Positions 53,301 to 64,000 of a stretch of DNA of 64,000 nt are shown one piece after another. Source of the stretch: Trichinella spiralis (lineage: Eukaryota); NCBI RefSeq assembly GCF_000181795.1, contig NW_003526943.1, positions 8,912,849-8,976,848 on the forward strand, given 5' to 3'. The stretch's first letter is position 1, and every line of letters starts with the position of its first letter. The position numbers and the translations under genes were made by a program. The notes below the pieces were generated by a model, which did not search any database, was not told where the DNA came from, and worked only from the letters and a program-made list of their open reading frames with translations.

Positions 53301-56238
53301 TTTTTTTACATAATGCGACGCATCTTGATTTTCACTTTCCACCTCTACCGTATCTTTGAGACGGGGCAAATCACGCACGTGAACAACCGATTCCTTGCTA
53401 GTGCCGGTGTAAACTTTTGAAGTTCCAACGACACTGCGGATGATCTCGTCCAATTTAATACTGTTCACCAAACGGTGACGGCTGTTTTCACTTTCTGCAA
53501 TGCGCAATTGATTTGCCGTACAAATCGACATGCTGCTGCTGTTGCTGCGCTCCAGAGCATTCTCAAAACCAGACGTAATGACAGTTTTATTTGGAAGCAC
53601 CTGAATCGAAACAAACATTTACGTGGTGTACGTGCAATAATAAAATATGCATTGCATGCGCAACTTACCTTCGATGGATTTCCTGGACTGATTGGCATTT
53701 TTCTGCTCACGGCAAACTGCACAAAGCAAGCGTCGCTACAAAACACTACTTCGTCCGAATCCTGAAAATTTCAAGCGACGACATTCATCAGAATTGGATT
53801 AAACTTCAAACTAAATTGAAATAATTTTACATCATTTTTAGGTGTAAATCCCAATTCTGCCAAATTCTTTTTCACCATTGCCTGTTGCAGTGCCGTTGCG
53901 CAGTAGCAACAAAATCGACGTTGCGTTTCCGCATATTCTCTCGACAGCACTGAACCAAAGAAAGAAAAATGTATTATTTTTAATACAAAGACAAAAATAT
54001 AAAGAAATATATAATACGAACCTCTATCGGGAGTGTGAGGTGGAGTGTCGATTTGTAAATCGAATAATTCTGGAACGTCCACGTTAAGCAGGCAAGCCAG
54101 ATTTCGAAGAACGTTGCTGACGTTCGAAGCAGCAGCAGAGTCCAATGTCAACGTGACGACACGCGACTGCTGAGACTGCACATATTCATTAATCTGATTT
54201 GAAAATACATTTTCTTTTAAATTCAAAAATTAATTAATCACAATTTATTTACAGTTTTGTTCAGCGCGCCTGCTGGTGGATCACCGGGAACAGCACGTAC
54301 TGGAACCGGTGCAACTAGACGAAAATTTGGAGACAACCGCCCGTCGGCAGACATTTCAGGCTTCAAATATGGATAACACGGTAAATTTTCCTCATCTCCA
54401 CTTCCATCACTGTATATCAATTCATCAGGACTGTTAGATGATCTGAAATAAAATAAATCAAAAAATACTGATAGAAAAAAATATGCACATAATATATATA
54501 TATATATTTTTTTTATGGACCTGTTTTCAAAAAGGAAATCATTTTCCACTTTCACGTTGGAAAATGACTTTTCAATTTGGCCTCTTGTGGACGACTCTGC
54601 CATTCTGACCAAAGAATTATTTCTAGCACCATCGCCACCGCAGGAACGACGATAATAATCTTCGGCAAATGACAATGTCACTTTTCCCAACGTTCCTTCC
54701 ACTAAGCCCTTACCTGTTTCGTGAGAGAAGACAAAATAATACACTTATTAAAAATTATACTGTCAAAAAGAAACAAATTATCATTATCTTACAATCAGTC
54801 AAAGGTGTGACTCCGTAAAAATGAGTTATGGCCGTATCGAATCTGGATTCAGGTTCCACTATGGTCAGTGGTGGCAACTGCTGCAAATAATAAAACCACT
54901 GATGATCGGTAAGTTCACCCATTTCATCCACTGCATCCTCGTTGCCGCAGAAAGATTTCGCCTTGTTCGATCGTCGACTACGCTTGCGCGACAATTGCCC
55001 TTTTCCCTGAAACAAAATTCCATAACCATTTATTTCAATTATAAAACTGTCCGTCTCTGCTGCTGCATGCACCACGTTGGTCAAAATTTCACGAACCCCA
55101 GAAGAAATGTGTGGAAACTTTTACCGAAATTTCAAAAATACTATATCATAAATATATTTACACAATTAGAAAAAATGCTAAATATTAAACAAAATAAGTA
55201 GTATTTTTGAAATGTTATTTTCTTTTTTTACCTTCCTCCGCGATCCGTCAAAGTCATAGCACTGATCGGTGGGATAAATTTTCGAAAACATGTGCAAAAC
55301 TGCTTCAGTAGCTTCTAAAAATGATGACGTTTTAAAAAACAACATCCCTGTGTATTTATAAAAAAAATACATGAGCTTTTCTGAGAAATGAATCTTAAAA
55401 AAATCAAACACACATCACTCCAAACCTACATACAACAACAATTAGACTGAGAGTTTTAAAAGACCTATTCTGCTTTTCAAACACTGAATAACAATAATAA
55501 ATAATGCTTACCGCCGTATTCGTCGTCAGAAACCCTATCGAGCAGATCTTTCACCGTAGCGACAACCTCTGATCCATAACAACGAGACATAGAGCACAAA
55601 TTTAAACATTTGGTCCGTGATAAAATTGTCTCGTCGTCGGGAATCCCATCGTAAGCTGAAAAAAACACTGCATCAAATTGAGATATGAAAATATACACAT
55701 CGTGCAATTTTTAAAAGCAACCTATCGTGGTTGCATGCACGGCTTTTTCATTATTTTAGCACTGCAATAATTGGAATTGCAAAAATTTTGTCTCACTACT
55801 ACTGTCTCTCTCGAACGAATAAAAAGTTAGTTCTTTTTCTTTTTTTTAGATATGAAAAGAAAAAACAAATTCACACTCTGCTCACGTTGCGCAGGTCAGT
55901 ATCAATCAAACAATCTACTGCTGTCATTGTCGTTTTCTTCAAACCTGCTCGTCAATAAATTTTTTTTGTAAAACATACACAAAGCAGCTTCATTCAGTAG
56001 AATATGAAAAAAATGCAATAACGCACAGAATGAATGAACATGCAAAAATTTTTAGTCAATAAGAAGAATGAACATCATCATCCGTCATCGGTGAAAAATG
56101 AAATTCATAAATACTACTATTACAATGGTTATTTTGAATTGATGCTGTATGCAAATGAGAGAAAAATGAAAAATGCACGCTGCTAAAGGAGAGGAAAAAA
56201 AACGGTCGAATGTTAAACATCACACACAGACACACACA

Positions 56239-56272
<34 letters not shown>

Positions 56273-59200
56273 GCAAAAATTCATCTGCTAGTCTGGTTGG
56301 AAATCAAAAGTCAACCGGGAGCAAGTGGGCAGGGGTCAGTACGCTAATTATTTTTACCTTTACAACAAGTGAGAATTTGTTCTTTAATTTCTGATTTCTT
56401 CCTGCGAATCCTTTTTCGCTTTTTCACTTCTAAATAGCCAAAAGAAAAAAAAAGAATATACCACACACACACACACATCTTTGCCGTTTCTATTATAAAA
56501 GAAGTCGCTTTTTGTTCAAAGACAACAACATCTGATTGACTGCACGTCCGATTGTGTGCTAAGCATCACACACATGTGCAACAAATTTAAAACAACAAAA
56601 AAAGAACAATAAATGTGATCGTGTGAGGAAACGATCGAACTCTGAACCAATGGTAAAAGTCGAACTTCTGCCGATGCATACACAACAACAATTTGCAAAA
56701 AACATAAGATCAACTGAAACCTCTCTACACATATAATATGCATAAATATATCTCAGTTTTTGTTAGGAAAACATCTCTTTCTTTCTTTCTTTTTTTGTTT
56801 TTTGGTTTCATTTAAGTGAACAAAAAGAACAAATAAAAAAATTACAAAACAATTTCCCCTACCTTGCTGCTGCTGCTGATGATGATGATACGGTGGCGGT
56901 GGTGCCTGTGCCGGTGGTGGCTGTACTGGTAGTGATGGTGGTGGTGGAGGTGGTGCAGCTGCTCCAACGGCAACGTCACCTAATGGGTGGGGCGCAAAAC
57001 GACGACCCGGCATCGAGTAATGAATCATACCTTCGTTCACGTAGGCGGCTGCGTATTCTGGCGGTAGTGGTGGATCCGGCAGTGGCGGCGGCGGTGCCAG
57101 ACCCGGCGCCACGGCTACGGTCGAATCCAACGGTACTCTCACCGGCACCATTCGCTGATAATAAGGCGGCGCAGTGATGTTCATCATCGTCGGCTTCATC
57201 ATCTCTGTTCCAACTGCCGACGGTGACGGTTCCGGTGCAACGGTCTGTCCGGCCCCAAGCCCGCTGGCGCCGTTCATCGCCATAACGCCAAAATTGGCCG
57301 CCGTTAAAGCCGATTGCGGATGCAGATTCGGATGTTGCTGTTCATAGTGTCGTTGCTGTTGTTGCGGATAGTGTGGTGGTGGTTGTTGTTGTTGTTGTTG
57401 TTGCTGCTGCTGCGGCAGATGCTGGTGATGGTCGACAAGCATCGGTTGGACGAAATTGAAATGCCGCTGCTGACCAGCCGTCGGGGCCATGAACGCTTGT
57501 TCAGACCGAGGCGGAGCCGTGTGGCCGGGGTCGGCGGCGAAACCACAATCCATCGGCGAGACAGCCGGCTGATAAGCCGGGGACGGCACGGGCGACTGCG
57601 CGGGTGCCGGATACGACGACGACTGGCCACTACCGCCGCCGGCGATGGACAACGCCCCGTCGACTCTTTTGTCTTGCTGCTGGTAATCTTGGACGAGCGA
57701 ATTGTGGGTTTTGAGCTGCTTGCGGATCCGTTCCAACAGTTTCTGCCGTTCGCCGATCGTCTGCGTCAACGACGCCAACGCGGCCTGATCCGCTTGGGGT
57801 GGCTCGACGCCGTTCTTGCGCATCTGACGCTGCTTCGAGGCGGTGTTCTTCTTCGTTCGACGCAGCTGATTCAACTCGCTCTCCAAAGACTTCTGCTGGT
57901 GTTCCAACGAGCCGACCGTCTGCATCAGCCACTCTTCGTGCATCGTCGTCTCGACCGACTGCGCTACTTGCGCAAGTTTGTTGTCCTGCTGCTGCTTGTT
58001 GCTGTGATTTTGACCCTGCTGATTCCGCATGCCCGTCATCAGCTCGTGGTCATCACCAACGACGGAAGTTCGTGGCAATAATTTAGCCCGAGCTGCGCAG
58101 CCGAATTGGCCCTGCTGTTGCGGCTGCTGTGGCTGCTGGTGGTGGTGGTGGTGGTGGTGGTGGTGGTCAATTCTGTTCACCTGTGACCAAGAGACCGGCG
58201 GCGAGAGCATTTCCCGCGTCGAAATTTGCGCCTGGGACGGCGACAGCACCGGCGCCGGTGCCAAAGCCGACGACAAGCTGTTGTTGCAGCAAGCCGCCAT
58301 GCCGACCAACGCTTCCGCGCTCGAAGGGCAAGAAGACCTGCGACCAAGCGCGTCCAATGGCTCCGCCTTGCCGAGTCGAAACGACTCGCCACTGTTCACC
58401 ATCATCCCATACTGATGATCCACAGGCTGTTTGATGACATCATTCTTTTGCACCGCAAAAGCCAAACCATCTTCTATAATTATATTTTTTAAAAAAAATT
58501 AAAAATAACAAAACAGTTCTTACCTGGCAAAGAAAACTTCCGCTGTTGTTGATGCTGGTGCTGGGAAACAGTACTAGCGGTGCCGTCGTGATTCTGAAAA
58601 AATTCCCTCTGAGAGAAATTCATCGTAAAATTCTTCAGTTGCCGTTGCTGATCTTCTTGTGGCTGATGATTGTGGTGAATAAGGGGGGTAGGAAAATGTT
58701 GTTGATTTGGATGGTGTTGATTATGGAGCCGCTGTTGAAAAGGGAAAAAGTCCCGAATTACCGGAAAATGTGGCTTCATCGGAATGTCCGCGCGATGCGA
58801 TGTTTCATCAGCAACATTGATGTTCAAAGGCATCGGAGCGGGTGTGGCCCCGGACATGGGGTTGCTGGCGGTATCAGAGGTCGCAGCGCAGTTTACCATC
58901 GACGGTGGACTACTGCTTTCGATCAGTTTCATCAGCTGCCCACCACTGGAGCTACTTCTCCGGACGGCAGGCGACGAAGCTAACAGACAAGGTTGCTGCT
59001 GCTGCTGTTGCTGTTGTTGCTGCCTGCGGGCTTTGCACTCTTGACGCATCAACGACCGATTCTCCCGGGCCATCTGGACGTACTGCTGCCGGTGATCTTG
59101 ATTCAACGAGCGCCAAATTTTGGCAATGCACTTGGCCCGGTCCGGCCAGCAAGGGTAGCGCGTTTTCAAATCCGGTGCGTTCAAATTTGCGTACAAAACG

Positions 59201-62200
59201 GCCGCAATTGACGAACGATCTCCCAACGGCTCGTCCTGCAACCATCGGTCCAAATAATTCTTCACCTCCACAGGCGGCGACTCGCACACCCTCGGGCGGA
59301 CCGCTGTCGATTCCACCATTCCACCACCGATCATATTATCATTATTAACGTTGTTGCTGTTGCTGCTATTGTTGCTGTTTGGGAAAATATTTCCTGCCAT
59401 ATTGCTGTAAAAAAGAAAAACAAAAAAACAATCAGTTGAACAGAAAAAATGATTGTAATTGAGAGAGGCAGAGGGAGAGAGAGAGGGAGGGGGGGGTAGA
59501 AAGCTTTCTTTCTGGAAAGCCAAAAGCACAAACACTCATAAAGAGAGGGAGAGGGAGAGAGAATAGACAGACACTTTGAAGAGAGAAAGTTTCTATCCGA
59601 TTGCCAGCATCGTTGGAAAGAATCGGTGAAGATCGTCTGCACTGATAATAAATGAACAAAGCAGAAAATGTGAAAGAAAGAAAGAAAGAGTCAAGATAAA
59701 CGCAAACAACTGGCTTTATTACCTTGAGCATTCTTTTAAAGCTCTTACCACACGGAAAACTATAAAACACCCCTCGTTGAAGCGATTGAACCAAATGACA
59801 AATTAGTGCAAACTATCACTGCCCCATTTAATCATCCAAATTCAAGAATAATCACATCAAACAATTGTAAAATATGATCACGTTCAACAGTTGTTGTTGC
59901 TTGAAGCAGTCTAGTAAAGCTAAAAATCAATCAAAGGATATTTCAAATTATTGCACCATTCGATTCTCTGAGTAAATAAATAGCACTGCTATTTTTTTTC
60001 TTTTGATTAATACGTGAAATTCAAAATTTGTTAAGCAATATTTTCATAAATTTCATATGAATAATTATTAAAAAAAAAGAATTTGAAAACAATGTACCAA
60101 CTCCTACTCCTTTCTGATTTCGCTCAAAAAACGTAAGCAATTTAGCATAACATTTTTGCCATTCCAATCATTCTTATTTCTCTTCATATGATCACTTGAA
60201 AATATAATTTTTTTTAAATTTTACAAATGATCAACATGCTCACCCTCGAAACAAAAAGAGACCCTTCCTGAAAACCGCCAGAAATTGTTTCAAGATACCA
60301 ACCCCTTCCCATACTGTCACAACCTCCCAACTGAAAATACATAAATAAATAATTTACCCAATAAGATCGGTCTGTTCATTAAAATTTTTCGGTGCCATTT
60401 GTTGACTCGCAGCAGTGCCAATCTCAACTGGAAGAGAGACAAATGGAGTCGGTGCATTGTCACCACATATTGCAGTCGAATCTTTGAGACAACGTCCGTT
60501 CGGCTGGTGCATTTCTGCTGCTGCTGCTGCTGAATTGGCCAACAACTGCGTCTCTGTCAATTCTGAGGCTCTTTTCAATTCCGCGTCAAACACATTATCC
60601 ATCAACGTGTCCATTTCAACACTATCAATGGCTGAGATATCTGTTTTAAAATTTCGAAAAAGACGATTAAAAAATTGTTCTCTTTTTTTTTCATCAACCA
60701 ATTAAAATATTTTTACCAGTATTTGATACAATTGGGTCCATGTCGGCTTGCATGAGCATATCTAATAGATTGGTGAAATCGTGATTTTGCAATTCGTGGG
60801 GAAAAATCTCCTCATTTTCGTTCATATCAATTGCTTCGTTCAAACAAACTTCCGGTAATACGTTGGCGTTGCGCAATTTGTAAACCTTCAATTGAAAAAA
60901 GAAGAATAATTAATAAAAATCACAATAATTATAAATAAGAAATAACAACAAACTTGTGAAGAACTTTCGGCATTTTTTATCACTTCTGAATTAATCTCCG
61001 TATCCGGTGACCGTGGAATTGCAAAAGCAATGTCCTGCTCTTGAAGATCAAACGGCGACATTGGAAACGGTGCCGGACCGTTCACGTTGCCGCCGTTGGT
61101 GTAGCTGCTTTCTTCTGCTGAGATTCCAAAAAATGCTTCCTTGAAAATTATTACCCAGTAATAAATTAATTCATCCTTGGGAAACAATTTTCCAAATTCA
61201 CCTGAATATAAGACGGATAATAATCTTCCAGAACAACCTTCCGTCGATTTCTTTTCCTTCTTTTTGGTTTGTCATGACCCTCTTCGACAATACTATCCCC
61301 CGCAGCAACTGCGTTGTTATCCAACTGAGCATTACCGCCTAATGAATTTCCCGTCATTTCTGGCGAAGCAGTCGCAACACATTCTGAAAAAAAAAAGATA
61401 ATACACTCATGTAATATAATTGTCATTCCACGACAAGACAAACAAATTCATGCAGACCTTCTTGCAATTTGTCATATCTGCTGCGTGCTAATCGAGTATG
61501 AAAACCACCAATGCCAACTTTAAACAGTTTCCTATTCCGAACTCGCTTCTGTCGATCCACCGATCCGAAAGAATCTAACCCATTCTGCGATTCATAAATC
61601 GTCATATCACTACTGGAAGAAAATTCAAAATCCAATTTTTCCGTATCTGGAGATGCTAAAACATAAATACATTAGACATCATATATGTGCATTTTTTGAA
61701 CTAACCTGATACAACTCCGTCTTGAATCATTAGCTGAGATGTTGACAATTCAGAAAAACCATCGGCAGTTGCATTTTGCAAAGATTCAAAAGAAGGTGTT
61801 GAATTGTACACTGCAGAACAAACTGGCGATGCCGCAGGTTTGGGACGCCATTGAACAGTTGACAGGCCTGATTTGGTCAACAGAACGCCTTCAATTACAA
61901 AATGCATCGCGGCTAAAACGAAAGGCAAATTTAATTAATGACTGATTCTGAAAACGATACAACTTGGTTACATTTGGAATTATAAAACGAGTCCCCACCC
62001 GACGAGCACGCGTCGCCCGGTCGACAGTATACGCAAATGAATCCTGCATCCAGTCCCTTCTTCAATATATCTTCTGCACATAAACCATTGCAATTTGCAT
62101 GACTCCATCTGAAGAAAAAAAAAGCATACAAATTTGCCAATATTATCATCTTCGCTTAAATCAGAAGATGCCAAAAAAAATTTATTCACCTGTGACAAAT

Positions 62201-63284
62201 ATCGCAAAGTATGATCATATCTTCTTCTTTGTATTGCAGATGACAAAAACAACACGAATAAAGACTAGCGCATTTGAAACACGCACGCAGATTCTTTATT
62301 GAATCAAGCATACCGTTCGGAGGTGTAGCGCCACAAAACTGGCAAGTTGAACACCTTCAATAAATGAGAATAATTTATCTAAAAAATAAACTTAAAAAAA
62401 TAAATACAAACCATTTGCAACGCCAAGCGCCTTGCGGGATCGAATCTAATGGAGGATCTAAGCAATACATGTGATAAGAAACATCACATTCGTCGCAAAG
62501 TAACAAATGCTGTTCGTCGTCTCCAGTTCCGCAACCTTCACAAACGGTACAATCTAAGCATCGCCACCCTCGATGTACAATAACAGAATTCAGCTGAAAC
62601 CAGAAAAAATAAGTGCTTTGATATACTGTGCGTCAATCAAAAAAGCTGAATTTCCATTCAACTTTATGCATGCAACATAATAACACACAGAACTGCAGAA
62701 ACTGGACCATAAAAGAAAAAAAAACTAACACTGATATATATAATAATAATAAAATTCTATCATTAAGATTACTGGCAGTTACCGTAACATTGGCACAATA
62801 TGTGTGGTAACACTGACCACACTGAGTACAAGCAACCATATGCCCTTCTTGACCGCGACCAAAACTTCCACAAACGACGCACATATCCTTCAAAAAAGTA
62901 AAATTATAAGAAATTCAAAAATAAAAAAAAAACAGAAAAACTTACTCGACAAAATACATAAGAATCTTTTACGGACGTGACAACTACACTATGAATATAC
63001 TCATCATCCTCTTTGTGTTTGGCAACGTTCGGAGCTAAGTGATGATTCAGAATTTCCGTTATAGTCTGGACGGCGTTGCGCCGATTCTTTGCACACTTTT
63101 GAGAACGCCTTTTATCAACTATGCTTCGGCTGGATGTCGAACCACCTTTACCTTTACTAGCACTGTTTCGCTTGAAAGTGGAAATTTTTTTCCGAGAAAC
63201 ATTTTCGGGCAACGCATGGCCAGTGATCATATTTTGAGGTGGTAACGATATAGGCTCAACTGACGTGTGTGAATACGACAGGTC
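50345..63284 (-). CDS. Histone H3K4 methyltransferase KMT2C/D (MLL3/4, set-16/trr-like); 5' end not resolved and probably upstream of 63284
   Basis: PHD fingers (DMCVVCGSFGRGQEG..CTQCGQCYH, GWRCLDCTVCEGC, LLLCDECDVSYHMYC), HMG box (AVLYAN..PDLKTRYPCWPDRAKCIAKIWR), Gln-rich region, extended PHD (RLLNMDAGRWVHVNC), FYRN/FYRC, WIN motif (NPSGSARCE), SET (VYLARSKIQGLGLFA, ARYINHSCDPNC, ELTYDY) and post-SET CLCRAPNCRKWMN*. Confidence 0.95.
56221..56270. repeat. (CA)n microsatellite in a KMT2C/D intron
   Basis: cacacacagacacacacagacacacacaca... Confidence 0.97.
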
Positions 63285-64000
63285 CTGCATTGGTTAAAGA
63301 AGAAAATCAAAAACAAATTTCAAATCACAAATAAATTACAAAGTAAAAGACATTTTACCATCATTTCGCTTCCTAGACAAATTTTCATTGCAAAACCAAA
63401 ACAACAAATTGTAGTAAAGCCATACCACTCAAAAACCGAAACTTACAAAACAACAAATACCAAACCTGCAAATAAATATCACCTTAAACAATATGCTTTG
63501 AACGGTCTATCGAAAAATTAGCTTTGAAAAGGTTTAGAAACAAAATCATTCGTCATCTACCGAATAAGCAAATATTCTCTTGCCGTATCAATTTAGCAAG
63601 TAAATCCAACTGCAGTAAACTGCAGATTTCATCGGAAAATTATAACACTTATTTATATAGAACAATCCACCAACTAAGACAAGAACGCCAAACAACATTT
63701 AAATACATTACTGTAACAAATAATTAAGAAATTATATGTCATCATTAAAAATTTAAATTATCTTAAATATGGAAAAGTAAAGATTCCTTTATTGAAAATT
63801 AAATTTTATTCTTTTTAAATCACTCAATGTAAACATACAAGCAAGTAAACTTATATAATATAACAAAGTGCATTCACACTTTTGCATTTGGTACTTTCGC
63901 ACGTATCTATGCGAAATCACTATTCAACGCTTCAATTCATATCGGAAGTAAACTATTAAGCAGAAAAATAAAATAATTTAAGCTTTTTTTATAAACTTAA

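Noticed and set aside
57304..59348. Multiple overlapping alternative-frame and antisense ORFs
   Set aside because: By-products of GC-rich triplet-repeat exons of KMT2C/D

Overview
AT-rich eukaryotic genomic DNA with many short spliceosomal introns and one assembly gap (1801-2113). Gene structure and repeat types suggest a nematode, most plausibly a clade I/Trichinella-like genome; this is inference, not a database result. Host genes: cullin-1 (+), a GT25/COLGALT procollagen galactosyltransferase (+), an STK16-type kinase (+), LYAR (-), a two-exon ZSWIM3/FAR1-like Mutator-derived DNA-binding gene (-), a C9orf72/alfa-1 homologue (+), SREBP (-), a 5'-incomplete KMT2C/D (MLL3/4, set-16-like) gene (-) and an intronless orphan multi-pass membrane ORF. 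Mobile DNA: a full-length decayed Ty1/copia element with both LTRs and TSD, the 5' end of a BEL/Pao element cut by a hAT/Buster transposon, pogo/Tigger remnants and a MITE, several solo-LTR candidates, and an 807-bp palindromic LTR-gag-inverted-LTR structure. Most notable observations: (i) the BEL primer-binding site matches 39 nt, exactly tRNA-Tyr positions 38-76, and supplies the gag ATG; (ii) the fold-back LTR element; (iii) long inverted repeats bracketing the Mutator-derived gene; (iv) a dispersed family of 24-bp-period CCAAT arrays. None of these is proof of a new biological system; all are testable hypotheses. Exon boundaries and identities were read by eye.
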